From: an uncultured Clostridiaceae bacterium
GTDB lineage: Bacteria; Bacillota; Clostridia; TANB77; CAG-508
DNA length: 53,201 nucleotides
Assembly (NCBI GenBank): GCA_958402495.1
Contig: CATXTS010000001.1
Location: 1 to 53,201 of the forward strand
Direction of reading: 5' to 3'
How positions within the stretch are numbered: position 1 is the stretch's first letter; the number at the start of each line of letters is the position of its first letter. Positions 1 to 9,403 of this stretch are shown here, piece after piece. The notes under the pieces were generated by a model, which saw nothing but the letters and a program-made list of their open reading frames with translations, had not been told where the DNA came from and searched no databases. Made by a program: the position numbers and the translations under genes.

Positions 1-472
<472 letters not shown>

Positions 473-659
473 TCAATAAGTTTTAATATGTTCTAAAAAG
501 TGCTAAAAATAAAGGTTTTATTTTTGAAAAAAGAATAAAATAATAATTTATATAAATAAAGAAATATATTAAATGAATTGATAAAACAGCTATAAAAAGC
601 AATTTAGAAAAAAACGACTTTACTTGTTTTAGATAAATTTGTTTTAATGGAGATGTATT

Positions 660-1172
660 ATGCAGGAAGAATTAAGTGATTTTTTAAAAATAGCATATCA
701 ATATAATCGAGTTAAAGATTTAAAAGAAGCATTTGAAGAATTTCCAGTAGAAGAAGAATGGCATAAAGGAAAAATTGAAAATGTTCTAAAAGAAGATAGC
801 GAATCTTATAATATTACTTATGAAATCGGAGATATAGTATTTGTTAAAGAATGCAAATATCCTGATGGAAAAATAGGAAATAATCATTTCTTTGTAATAA
901 TAGATAAAAATAATACTGCCGTTCCTATCGAAAACTTTGGCATGATAATATCCTCTAATTTAAATAAATTAAAATTTAAATCAAATAAGTTATTAAAAAA
1001 AGATGAAATAAATAACTTACATAAAGACAGTATAGTAAAAACAGATGTTGTATACAAAATTTTAAATGAACAGATAATTTTTAAAATTGGCATCGTAAGT
1101 TATGAAAAAATAGAAGAATATAAGGAGAGTTTTTATGATAGTTTAAAAAATGAAAATTCTAATGAAAGCTAA
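660..1172 (+). CDS. hypothetical protein; C-terminal two thirds resemble the PemK/MazF-type toxin fold
   Basis: 170-aa ORF. GDIVFVKE...GNNHFFVIIDKN...FGMIISSNLNK...VKTDVVYKI follows the order of conserved MazF/PemK segments (GDxxxVxF, hydrophobic strand, xxxS/T loop, C-terminal helix). No database check was possible. Confidence 0.35.
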   Translation: MQEELSDFLKIAYQYNRVKDLKEAFEEFPVEEEWHKGKIENVLKEDSESYNITYEIGDIVFVKECKYPDGKIGNNHFFVIIDKNNTAVPIENFGMIISSNLNKLKFKSNKLLKKDEINNLHKDSIVKTDVVYKILNEQIIFKIGIVSYEKIEEYKESFYDSLKNENSNES

Positions 1173-1288
1173 TAAGTTCTAAAAAATTCAATGACGTAGC
1201 AGTACTTTAGCAGTATTTTCAGATAAAAAAGAATTGAAAGAATAGACAAAAGGTGGATTAAAGGTGGAAATATAAAAGGAGGTGCAAT

Positions 1289-2170
1289 ATGATAGATTTT
1301 TCAAAAGCAACAGAAGAATTAAATAGTTATAAGGGGTCAGAAAAAAAGAAAACCCTAATTTATGAGGATACAAGATATTTAGTTAAATTTCCAGACCCTA
1401 TAGGAGAAAAGAATAAACATATATCCTATATAAATAATGCATTTTCAGAATATATAGGGAGCAATATATTTAAAATATGTGGATTTGAGACTCAAAATAC
1501 AGTATTAGGTACATATATATATAATGAAAAAGAAAAAATAGTATGTGGATGTGAAGATTTTACTGATGAAAATCACATATTATATGAATTTGAAAATCTA
1601 GCATTAAGTGCCAATCCAGATAAAAAAATTGAAACAGAATTATCAGATATTATGGAAGTGATAGAAGAAATAAAAATGATGTCTAAAATTCATATGATTA
1701 TAAAGGATAATGTGAAAGAAAAATTTTGGGATATGTTTATAATGGATAGCTTAATAGGAAATACAGATAGACATAATGGAAATTGGGGTCTTTTAGTAAA
1801 TGTAAGAAGTAGCAGTGCAAAATTTTCCCCAATATATGATTGTGGCTCTTGCTTAAATCCGATGTTAGAAGATAGTGAAATTGAAAAATTAAGTGAAAAA
1901 GAGCTTGAAAATGTAGCCATTAATTGTTATTCTTGTATAAAAGAAAACGGAAAGAAAATAAATTATATGGACTATATTCAAAGTGCTAAAAATGAAGATT
2001 GTAATAGTGCTATTCTGAGAACCTTTACTAAAATGAATATGGATAAAATTGATAAATTTATAAATAGCATAAATTGTATGTCCATTGAAAGGAAAGAATT
2101 CTATAAAAAAATAATGAGAATCAGATATGAAATAATAAAAAAATCTTATAGTAGGCTAAATAAAGTTTAA
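1289..2170 (+). CDS. HipA-like serine/threonine kinase (C-terminal kinase domain only)
   Basis: RBS aaaggagg is upstream. Catalytic-loop motif LIGNTDRHNGNWGLL and downstream IYDCGS match the HipA_C family. The long HipA N-terminal domain is absent. Confidence 0.65.
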   Translation: MIDFSKATEELNSYKGSEKKKTLIYEDTRYLVKFPDPIGEKNKHISYINNAFSEYIGSNIFKICGFETQNTVLGTYIYNEKEKIVCGCEDFTDENHILYEFENLALSANPDKKIETELSDIMEVIEEIKMMSKIHMIIKDNVKEKFWDMFIMDSLIGNTDRHNGNWGLLVNVRSSSAKFSPIYDCGSCLNPMLEDSEIEKLSEKELENVAINCYSCIKENGKKINYMDYIQSAKNEDCNSAILRTFTKMNMDKIDKFINSINCMSIERKEFYKKIMRIRYEIIKKSYSRLNKV

Positions 2171-2334
2171 TCAATGTTCATAAGTCAATCGTTATTTATA
2201 GGAAGATTACTTAGCATTTAAAGCAGATGAGTTATAGAATAGAGAAGTTATAAAATAAAATCGATTAAGTAGAGAAAAAGAAAATAAGAGAAAATCAAAA
2301 ATAGGGGTGCTTAAAAAAGAGAAAGGAGAACAAT

Positions 2335-3078
2335 ATGTTTGGATTTACTTTTGATAGAAGAAGTCTATATATTATAATGGCTATTTTAATAATAATGATG
2401 ATAGGAAGGTATTTAGGAAATCCACAGGAATTATTAAGCCTATTACTTACTGTACCAGGTGTTTTAATAGCTATTACTTTCCACGAATATGCTCATGCAT
2501 TAGCAGCTGACAAATTAGGAGATGATACACCCAGAAGACAGGGAAGACTAACTTTAAATCCATTAGCACATTTAGACCCTATAGGTTCTATCATGTTATT
2601 ATTTGCAGGATTTGGTTGGGGAAAGCCAGTAGAAATTAATCCTAGAAATTTTAATAGAAATATAACCATGAGTAAAGGAGATGCCATTGTATCTATAGCA
2701 GGACCTTTGATGAACTTATTACTAGCACTAATATTTTCGATTATCTATTTTGCCATAGGTACTTTTGCACCAGTCTTTGCAATTGGTAGCCAATTAGGAT
2801 TGATTATTATGACAATATTACAAATGACGGTTATTATAAACATTGGACTAGGTATTTTTAATCTCATTCCATTACCACCATTAGATGGTTCAAAAGTTTT
2901 AAAAAACTTCTTACCATATTCTGCGCGTACATGGATGGAAAATTATGAATCCATTTTTTACATTGTTTTTGTTGTATTATGGGTAACAGGTCTTGCAGGA
3001 CTAATTATTTCACCAGTAATTAATGGGGTATATAATGGAATTACCAGTATAGTTGCTAGTTTATTTGGATTATTTTAA
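2335..3078 (+). CDS. site-2 protease family (peptidase M50) membrane zinc metalloprotease
   Basis: HEYAHAL (HExxH) lies in a TM helix and the second motif is NLIPLPPLDG. The protein is multi-pass and hydrophobic. RBS aaaggag. Confidence 0.8.
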   Translation: MFGFTFDRRSLYIIMAILIIMMIGRYLGNPQELLSLLLTVPGVLIAITFHEYAHALAADKLGDDTPRRQGRLTLNPLAHLDPIGSIMLLFAGFGWGKPVEINPRNFNRNITMSKGDAIVSIAGPLMNLLLALIFSIIYFAIGTFAPVFAIGSQLGLIIMTILQMTVIINIGLGIFNLIPLPPLDGSKVLKNFLPYSARTWMENYESIFYIVFVVLWVTGLAGLIISPVINGVYNGITSIVASLFGLF

Positions 3079-3106
3079 AAGGCAATAGAAAGGAAAAACA
3101 AGTAAA

Positions 3107-4132
3107 ATGAAACAAGATACAGATATATTGGTATTAGGAATTGAATCTAGTTGTGATGAGACTTCTGTAGCCATAGTCAAAAACGGAAGAGAAGTACTAT
3201 CTAATGTGATAAGCTCGCAAATTGACATCCATGAAAAATTTGGAGGTGTCGTGCCGGAAATTGCCTCTAGAAATCATGTAGAAGCTATTTCTAATGTCAC
3301 TAAAAAAGCCTTAGAAGAAGCACAAGTAACCATGGAAGATATTGATGCCATTGCTTGTACCTATGGACCAGGTTTAGTAGGAGCACTTTTAGTTGGTGTT
3401 TCCTATGCAAAAGCATTAAGCTACGCTACAGGAAAACCACTTATCGGTACCAATCACTTAGAAGGACATATAGCAGCTAACTATATTACCCACAAAGATT
3501 TAAAACCACCATTTTTATGTATGGTAATTTCTGGTGGACATACACATTTGATTCATATTAAAGATTATAAACAATTCGAAATATTAGGAAAGACAAAAGA
3601 TGACGCGATAGGTGAAGCCTTTGACAAAGTAGCAAGAGTAATCGGTTTAGGATATCCAGGAGGACCAAAAGTAGACAAACTGGCAAAAGAAGGAGAGCCT
3701 AATATTGTACTTCCTAAAACGCATTTTGAAAATTTAGACTTTAGTTTTAGTGGAATTAAGACAGCAGTCATTAATTTACATCATAAGCAACCAGATATAA
3801 ACAAAGCTGATTTATGTGCTAGTTTTGAAAAAACGGTAACAGATATTTTATTAACCAATGTACAAAAAGCCATGAAGGAATATAATATCCATACCGTAGC
3901 TTTAGCAGGTGGTGTATCTGCTAATAGTTATATTCGAGAACGATTTAAACAATTAGAGGAAATACCAGGTATTCAAGTCTATTATCCAGAACCTGTTTTA
4001 TGTACGGATAATGGTGCTATGATTGCAGCAGCAGGGTACTATAATTATATCCATAAACAGGTATCTGACTTAACATTAAATGCCATACCCAATTTAAAAA
4101 TAGAAGCAAAGGAAATGGAAGGAAAAGAATAA
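3107..4132 (+). CDS. tsaD: tRNA N6-adenosine threonylcarbamoyltransferase
   Basis: [14 protein letters not shown] at the N-terminus, HLEGH, and GGVSAN...CTDNGAMIA are typical of the Kae1/TsaD family. Length 341 aa. Confidence 0.9.
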   Translation: MKQDTDILVLGIESSCDETSVAIVKNGREVLSNVISSQIDIHEKFGGVVPEIASRNHVEAISNVTKKALEEAQVTMEDIDAIACTYGPGLVGALLVGVSYAKALSYATGKPLIGTNHLEGHIAANYITHKDLKPPFLCMVISGGHTHLIHIKDYKQFEILGKTKDDAIGEAFDKVARVIGLGYPGGPKVDKLAKEGEPNIVLPKTHFENLDFSFSGIKTAVINLHHKQPDINKADLCASFEKTVTDILLTNVQKAMKEYNIHTVALAGGVSANSYIRERFKQLEEIPGIQVYYPEPVLCTDNGAMIAAAGYYNYIHKQVSDLTLNAIPNLKIEAKEMEGKE

Positions 4133-4149
4133 TTTAGAAAGGATTCAAA

Positions 4150-4866
4150 ATGGCAATTTATATCATAGGGGATTTACACTTGTCTTTTGCAGAAAACAAA
4201 CCAATGAGTATATTTGGGGCAAACTGGGAAGGACATAGTGATAAAATAAAAGCAGATTGGTTAGCAAAAGTAAAACCAGAAGATACCGTTATTTTAGCGG
4301 GTGATTTTTCTTGGGCCATGTATCTGGAAGATACTTACTTAGACTTCATGTACTTGAATGAATTTCCAGGAAAGAAAATTTTATTAAAAGGAAATCATGA
4401 TTATTGGTGGACCACTATTACAAGTATGAAACGTTATTTACAAGAAAAAGAGATTAAAAATGTCGATTTCTTATATAATAACTCCTTTTTAATAGAGGAC
4501 AAAATTATTACAGGTACAAGAGGATGGAGTTTATTAGACTCGGACAATAGCCAAAAAATGATTAAAAGGGAATCTTTGCGCTTAGAATTATCTATGAAAG
4601 AAAGTCTAGAGGCCTATGGTGAAGAAAAAGAAAGAATTGTCGTTATGCATTATCCGCCAGTAACGAAAGCGACGATGAACAATGGAACGATTTATCATCC
4701 AGAATTTATCCAAGTGATGAAAAAGTATAATGTCAAAAAATGTTTTTATGGACATCTACATGGAAAATCTCATAAAGATGCTATAGAAGGAATAGTAGAT
4801 GGCATCCATTTAAAACTAATTAGTGCGGATTACTTAGATTTTCAATTATATAAAATAGAAACTTAA
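4150..4866 (+). CDS. metallophosphoesterase family protein
   Basis: Calcineurin-like motif series is present: GDLHL, GDFSW, GNHDYW, VMHYPP, GHLHG. Confidence 0.75.
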   Translation: MAIYIIGDLHLSFAENKPMSIFGANWEGHSDKIKADWLAKVKPEDTVILAGDFSWAMYLEDTYLDFMYLNEFPGKKILLKGNHDYWWTTITSMKRYLQEKEIKNVDFLYNNSFLIEDKIITGTRGWSLLDSDNSQKMIKRESLRLELSMKESLEAYGEEKERIVVMHYPPVTKATMNNGTIYHPEFIQVMKKYNVKKCFYGHLHGKSHKDAIEGIVDGIHLKLISADYLDFQLYKIET

Positions 4867-4905
4867 AGGAAACAAAATAAAAATAGAAAAATAAGTGAAA
4901 CAAAA

Positions 4906-4944
4906 GTAGTACTATCTAAAAAAACAGAATAGTACTATTTTTTC
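4906..4944 (+). terminator. rho-independent terminator after the metallophosphoesterase gene
   Basis: Stem gtagtactat / atagtactat is followed by a T-run (tttttt). Confidence 0.6.
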
Positions 4945-4961
4945 TAAGGAGGAAAATATTT

Positions 4962-6749
4962 ATGAAAAAAACAGAAGAATGGAATTTAACAGATATTTTT
5001 AAGGATGAACAAGCCTATGTTGCTTGTAAAGAAGAACTACTAAACATCATAGAAGAAATAGGTAAAAAAGAAGGAACCATTACTAGTACAGCAAAAGATT
5101 TGTTAGAAGGGTATACTTTATACGAAAAAGTTTTAAAACTATATGAAAAGATATATGCTTATGGCATGTTAACCTATCATTTAAATATGGCTAATGAAAT
5201 AGGCATGAAACTTTTTAAAGAAGTAGAAAATATAGGTACTTATTTTAGTGAAAAAACAGCTTATATAAGACCAGAAATGATTGCTTTAGAAGAAGGAAAA
5301 CTCCAAGCATATATGCAAGAGCAACCTGCTTTACAAAGATATGAAAGAATCTTTAAGAGAATACAGGAAGAAAAAATACATACATTATCTAAAGAAGCAG
5401 AAAATTTATTGGCCAATTTTACACAAGTGTTTTCAGCACCAGAAAATATCTTTGATATATTAACCAATACAGAATTTAAATTTGGTATGTTAAAAGATGA
5501 AGAAGGAAAAGACGTGCCTCTAACAGATGCTACTTATAGCAACTTTTTAAAAAGTCAAGAAGAAAGGATTAGAAAAGAAGCATTTGATTTAATGTATGAT
5601 AAATATGCACAATTTAATCATACATTAGCAGAAATCTATCTAACAATGGTTAAAGAAGATACTGTGGAGAGTAAAGTCAGAAATTATGCATCTTCTTTAG
5701 AAAAAGCAGTGACACAAGATGATGCTACTCCAAAAGTCTATGAAGCGTTAATGCAAACAGTCCAATCCCATATGACAGAAAATCATCAATTTATGAACAT
5801 AAAAAAACAATTATTGCATAAAGAGCAAATGCATATGTATGACTTATATGTAAATCCTTTTTCTAAAAGCACAGATACGATTACATTTGAACAAGCCAAA
5901 CAAGAAGTATTAGAAGCACTATCTATATTAGGAGAAGAATATCATCAAAAATTACAAGAAGCATTTGATAACCAATGGATAGATGTATATGAAAGAGAAA
6001 ATAAGAGAAGCGGTGCCTATAGTATGGGTGTTTATGGAATTCACCCTTTTGTACTAATGAATTTTGTAAATAGTAGTCGAGATGTGAGCACCATAGCCCA
6101 TGAATTAGGACATAGTTTGCATTCAGATTATGCAAACCGTACACAAAATGTACTAGATGCCAATTATACCATTATGGTAGCAGAAGTGGCTTCTACGGTT
6201 AATGAAATATTATTAGCTGAATATCAGTTAAAACAAGAAACTAGTCCTATGAAAAAGGCAGAAATTCTATATGAATTATTAGAAATGATAAGAGCCACTT
6301 TTTATAGACAGTCTATGTTTGCAGAATTTGAAAAACAAGTCCATGAAGCAGTCGAAAAAGGAGAAATGCTATCAGCAGAGGATTTAAACAAACAATATTA
6401 TGCCTTAAATGAACAGTACTTTGGAAAAGAAGTTGTGATAGATGAACCTATCCAATATGAATGGTCTAGAATACCACATTTCTATACACCTTTTTATGTC
6501 TACAAATATGCTACAGGGATAAGTGCTGCTATAACCATAGCCATGAAAATACTAAGTAAAGAAGAAGGATACACTCAAAAATATATAGAAATGTTGAAAC
6601 AAGGTTGTAGTAAAAAAGCAGTAGATTTATTAAAAATGGTGGAGGTAGATTTAGAAAGTACAACTCCTTATGAACAGACAGTGCAATATTATGAAAAGAA
6701 AATGGAAGAATTAACAAAAATTTTAGCTAATGAAAAAAATAATTTATAG
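4962..6749 (+). CDS. pepF: oligoendopeptidase F (M3B family)
   Basis: 595 aa. Zinc motif is IAHELGHSLH. The overall M3B layout is present. RBS aaggagg. Confidence 0.85.
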   Translation: MKKTEEWNLTDIFKDEQAYVACKEELLNIIEEIGKKEGTITSTAKDLLEGYTLYEKVLKLYEKIYAYGMLTYHLNMANEIGMKLFKEVENIGTYFSEKTAYIRPEMIALEEGKLQAYMQEQPALQRYERIFKRIQEEKIHTLSKEAENLLANFTQVFSAPENIFDILTNTEFKFGMLKDEEGKDVPLTDATYSNFLKSQEERIRKEAFDLMYDKYAQFNHTLAEIYLTMVKEDTVESKVRNYASSLEKAVTQDDATPKVYEALMQTVQSHMTENHQFMNIKKQLLHKEQMHMYDLYVNPFSKSTDTITFEQAKQEVLEALSILGEEYHQKLQEAFDNQWIDVYERENKRSGAYSMGVYGIHPFVLMNFVNSSRDVSTIAHELGHSLHSDYANRTQNVLDANYTIMVAEVASTVNEILLAEYQLKQETSPMKKAEILYELLEMIRATFYRQSMFAEFEKQVHEAVEKGEMLSAEDLNKQYYALNEQYFGKEVVIDEPIQYEWSRIPHFYTPFYVYKYATGISAAITIAMKILSKEEGYTQKYIEMLKQGCSKKAVDLLKMVEVDLESTTPYEQTVQYYEKKMEELTKILANEKNNL

Positions 6750-6796
6750 TTAAATTGTATTGGAAAGACCCCTTTTCAAAAAAATAAGTGTAAAGT

Positions 6797-6825
6797 TTGA
6801 CAAATGTAACAAGATGTGGTAAAAT
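6797..6825 (+). promoter_or_regulatory. sigmaA-type promoter of the rplU-rpmA operon
   Basis: TTGACA (6797-6802), 17-nt spacer, TAAAAT (6820-6825), with an extended -10 TG at 6817-6818. Confidence 0.6.
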
Positions 6826-6831
6826 AATTAT

Positions 6832-6912
6832 CTGTAAGCCGCCTGAGTCGGGTATTTAAAAGCTAAATGAATTAGCTACCTAGTATTTTATGCTTAGCGA
6901 GTATACATATAA
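6832..6912 (+). ncRNA. structured 5' leader of rplU (candidate ribosomal protein L21 leader)
   Basis: About 100 nt of UTR lies between the promoter and the RBS. Long-range pairing taagc (6835-6839) / gctta (6892-6896) encloses hairpin gctaa-atgaa-ttagc (6862-6876). An L21 leader family exists in Firmicutes, but I could not score it against a covariance model. Confidence 0.35.
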
Positions 6913-6930
6913 AGGGAGGTGCATTTTATA

Positions 6931-7320
6931 ATGTACGCAATTATTGAAAGCTGTGGAAAGCAATACAAAGTTTCTGAAGGAGATGTTGTATTCTTTGAGA
7001 AATTAGATGCTGAAGAAGGAAAGAAAGTAACTTTTAATGAAGTAGTTTTAGTATCTGATGACAAAAAAGTAGAAGTAGGAGCTCCTTACGTAAAAGGTGT
7101 AAAAGTAGAGGGAAAAGTGATTGCACATGGTAAAGGTAAAAAAATTATCGTTTACAAGTACAAAGCAAAGAAAAACTACAGAAGAACACAAGGACATAGA
7201 CAACCATTTACAAAGGTAGAAATTACTAAAATAGCTATGCCAGCTGCTAAGACAGAAGCAAAAGCAACTGCTGCAAAACCAGCTACTAGCAAAGCAAAAA
7301 CTGAAAAAGTAGAAGCTTAA
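6931..7320 (+). CDS. rplU: 50S ribosomal protein L21 with Lys/Ala-rich C-terminal extension
   Basis: [14 protein letters not shown]... starts at ATG 6931, 9 nt after agggaggtg. The track start at 6919 overlaps the RBS. The tail is [27 protein letters not shown]. Confidence 0.9.
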   Translation: MYAIIESCGKQYKVSEGDVVFFEKLDAEEGKKVTFNEVVLVSDDKKVEVGAPYVKGVKVEGKVIAHGKGKKIIVYKYKAKKNYRRTQGHRQPFTKVEITKIAMPAAKTEAKATAAKPATSKAKTEKVEA

Positions 7321-7375
7321 AGTTATAAAAATAGAAGGATAATAAAAATAGATAACACGAAGGGAGTGAGAAAAC

Positions 7376-7645
7376 ATGGCTCATAAGAAAGGTCAAGGTA
7401 GTGTTAAGAACGGTAGAGATAGCGAGTCAAAACGTCTTGGATTAAAAAGAGCAGATGGACAATTTGTTTTAGCTGGAAATATTCTAGTAAGACAAAGAGG
7501 AACTAAATTTCATCCAGGAACAAATGTAGGCATCGGAAGTGATGATACTTTATTTGCTCTAACAGATGGAAAAGTAAAATTTGAAAGACTTGGAAGAGAT
7601 AAAAAGAAAGTCAGTGTTTATCCCGTAGAGGAAGCACAAGCTTAA
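7376..7645 (+). CDS. rpmA: 50S ribosomal protein L27 (no N-terminal propeptide)
   Basis: [22 protein letters not shown]...[12 protein letters not shown] aagggag. An in-frame TGA at 7367-7369 excludes an upstream extension. Confidence 0.92.
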   Translation: MAHKKGQGSVKNGRDSESKRLGLKRADGQFVLAGNILVRQRGTKFHPGTNVGIGSDDTLFALTDGKVKFERLGRDKKKVSVYPVEEAQA

Positions 7646-7655
7646 GAAAGAAAAG

Positions 7656-7689
7656 AGAAATTCTAAAATGATTTAGAGTTTCTTTTTTT
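7656..7689 (+). terminator. rho-independent terminator after rpmA
   Basis: Stem agaaattctaaa / tttagagtttct, atga loop, then a T6 run. Confidence 0.7.
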
Positions 7690-7761
7690 AGGAAAAAAAG
7701 CAATGCAATTGTTAACATAGAATTTATGGATATTATGTAAAATTAACCGTATAATAAATTT

Positions 7762-7787
7762 GTAACCAAACATAAGTAACCAAACAT
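7762..7787 (+). repeat. tandem direct repeat gtaaccaaacat x2 (2-nt spacer) between a -10 box and the RBS of the high-GC ORF
   Basis: gtaaccaaacat aa gtaaccaaacat was read directly. TATAAT lies at 7750-7755 just upstream. Confidence 0.8.
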
Positions 7788-7803
7788 GGTAGGAGGAGAC
7801 AAC

Positions 7804-8199
7804 ATGGTAAATCTGCGGGAAAAGTATCACAAAGAGATTAGTTTGCTGACACAGGATGCACTGGCAAACCAGAAAGAGGCTACTCAGAATTTGCAGGAGT
7901 GCGAGGAAGCGGTTGTAGACTGCAAAGAGGAAGTTAAGAACCTCAAGGAAACTGCCAGAACGGCGCATAAGGCTTTCGTGGATGTTATCAAGGTTCTTGG
8001 GAGATTAGCTTTTACCAAAAATCCCAATCCGGAAGAGGTGTTAAAGGCAACCGAGCCGTGCAACACATACGTCCAGGCAGCAGGCCAGAGACCTATTGCA
8101 GAAGAAAGATTGGAAGAAGCCAAAGAAGAACTGTCAAAAGCGCAGCAGGAGATGTATGAAGCATCGGCGGCGGTAAACAGCCTTACATTCTTTGGATGA
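7804..8199 (+). CDS. hypothetical helical protein, compositionally foreign (high GC)
   Basis: ATG 7804 follows aggagg. Two 60-nt stretches counted by hand are 42% and 52% GC, against 25% for the start of the next gene. It uses CTG, GCG, CCG and CGG codons that are rare elsewhere in the window. Confidence 0.6.
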   Translation: MVNLREKYHKEISLLTQDALANQKEATQNLQECEEAVVDCKEEVKNLKETARTAHKAFVDVIKVLGRLAFTKNPNPEEVLKATEPCNTYVQAAGQRPIAEERLEEAKEELSKAQQEMYEASAAVNSLTFFG

Positions 8200-8206
8200 G
8201 TTACGA

Positions 8207-8240
8207 AAAGAGAGGACAAAAATGTCCTTTCTTTTTTTGT
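8207..8240 (+). terminator. rho-independent terminator after the high-GC ORF
   Basis: Stem aaagagaggaca / tgtcctttcttt (one mismatch), followed by a T-run. Confidence 0.7.
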
Positions 8241-8310
8241 ATTATAGGAAATTTCTACTTTTAGGCAAAAAAACATTGTGAACGTATGTACTGTATGCTA
8301 CAATATAGAA
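8229..8310 (+). repeat. intergenic module copy 1 (T-run, 22-nt identical block, promoter)
   Basis: ataggaaatttctacttttagg (8244-8265) is identical to 9288-9309. It is followed by TTGTGA (8276-8281), 17 nt, then TACAAT (8299-8304). Confidence 0.85.
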
Positions 8311-8407
8311 TATGGACAAGAGGTGATGAAGATATGCTTAAACTTTAAGTATATGTGAAAACCTCAAAAGATAAATCAAGAGATAATAGAAGACATTATG
8401 TGGCATT

Positions 8408-8445
8408 GTGCAGAAGTATACAACACCTTCCATTACGAGCTACAA
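8408..8445 (+). repeat. conserved 38-nt core, copy 1
   Basis: gtgcagaagtatacaacaccttccattacgagctacaa versus 9365-9403 gtgcaaaaagtatacaacacattccattatgagttacaa. The differences are a few substitutions and one 1-nt indel. Confidence 0.8.
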
Positions 8446-8704
8446 AAGGAAAAATAGAAATATATAAAAGCACCAAGTAAAAAAGTCTATGAAGTAAAAG
8501 CATATCAATAAATGACATACCAGGACAAAGCGTGCATGAAATGTGAAGTATGTGCAATGAAATGTTTAACAGAAGAATTAAAGAAATTAGAAGAAAGATA
8601 TTATCCATATACAATAATAGATATATACAAGATTAAGATTAATATGGTTTGTGAGAGATTTTATTGTAATAAAATATTGGTGATTTTTTAAAGGGGTGTT
8701 TTAT

Positions 8705-9229
8705 ATGAAGAAAAAGTGGCTTTTAATTACGATTATTATTAGTGTGATTTTATGTATTGTAGGAATTCTTATTATTGAGAATAAGAAAGAAAAAACACAA
8801 AAAAATGTTATTAATGAATATATTTCAAATGAAGTGGACATGAATTCCAATGATGTAAATACACTAACAGAGAATTGGGATATGAATCGTAATGAAGAAA
8901 ATGTAACTATTGAAATTTTAAATGAAACAGTAACAAGAGAAACAGTGGAAATATTAATTACAGATAAAAATGAAAACCCATTTTATTGGGGAGAAAGTTT
9001 TAAAGTTCAGAAAAAAATCAATGGAGTTTGGGAAGAACTCCAATATATAAGTAATGATTTCATTTTCAATGACATTCTCTATAAATTAGATATCAATAAT
9101 CAGATGAAAATGAAAATAGATTATGGAAAATATTATGGTGCATTAGAAAATGGTAGTTATAGAATAGTAAAAACGGTTTATAATAATAAAGAAATGGATT
9201 TATATTCTAACGAGTTTGAAATTAAATAG
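8705..9229 (+). CDS. membrane-anchored hypothetical protein (N-terminal TM, beta-rich ectodomain)
   Basis: ATG 8705 follows aaagggg. MKKKWLLITIIISVILCIVGILII is a signal-anchor. There are no catalytic motifs. Confidence 0.6.
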   Translation: MKKKWLLITIIISVILCIVGILIIENKKEKTQKNVINEYISNEVDMNSNDVNTLTENWDMNRNEENVTIEILNETVTRETVEILITDKNENPFYWGESFKVQKKINGVWEELQYISNDFIFNDILYKLDINNQMKMKIDYGKYYGALENGSYRIVKTVYNNKEMDLYSNEFEIK

Positions 9230-9273
9230 AGTATATTTCATTAGTAGAAAGCAAATAGTTAAAAAACTATTTG

Positions 9274-9356
9274 TTTCTTTTTATTTTATAGGAAATTTCT
9301 ACTTTTAGGTAAAAAAACTGTTACAAATAACCGTACTTTATATTATAATATAGAAA
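9274..9356 (+). repeat. intergenic module copy 2 (T-run, 22-nt identical block, promoter)
   Basis: Block 9288-9309 is identical to 8244-8265. It is followed by TTACAA (9321-9326), 17 nt, then TATAAT (9344-9349). Confidence 0.85.
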
Positions 9357-9364
9357 TAAGTAGT

Positions 9365-9403
9365 GTGCAAAAAGTATACAACACATTCCATTATGAGTTA
9401 CAA
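9365..9403 (+). repeat. conserved core, copy 2
   Basis: See copy 1. Here the core starts about 16 nt after the -10 box; in copy 1 it starts about 105 nt after it. Confidence 0.8.

Noticed and set aside
884-1093. Many 60-130-aa ORFs in the six-frame track lie antisense to, or out of frame within, long conserved genes. Examples are 884-1093, 7048-7377, 10801-11181, 13788-14159, 27255-27545, 39966-40160, 48691-48969 and 50163-50849.
   Set aside because: They overlap genes with clear family motifs and lack an RBS. Their low-complexity Phe/Leu/Ser/Ile-rich translations are typical of the reverse strand of AT-rich coding DNA.
8398-8691. Small plus-strand ORFs inside the duplicated module: a 19-aa MWHCAEVYNTFHYELQKEK (8398-8457) and a 59-aa Cys-rich ORF (8512-8691).
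   Set aside because: Neither has a Shine-Dalgarno sequence. The 1-nt indel between the two module copies destroys the reading frame of the conserved core. The 59-aa ORF has no counterpart in copy 2.
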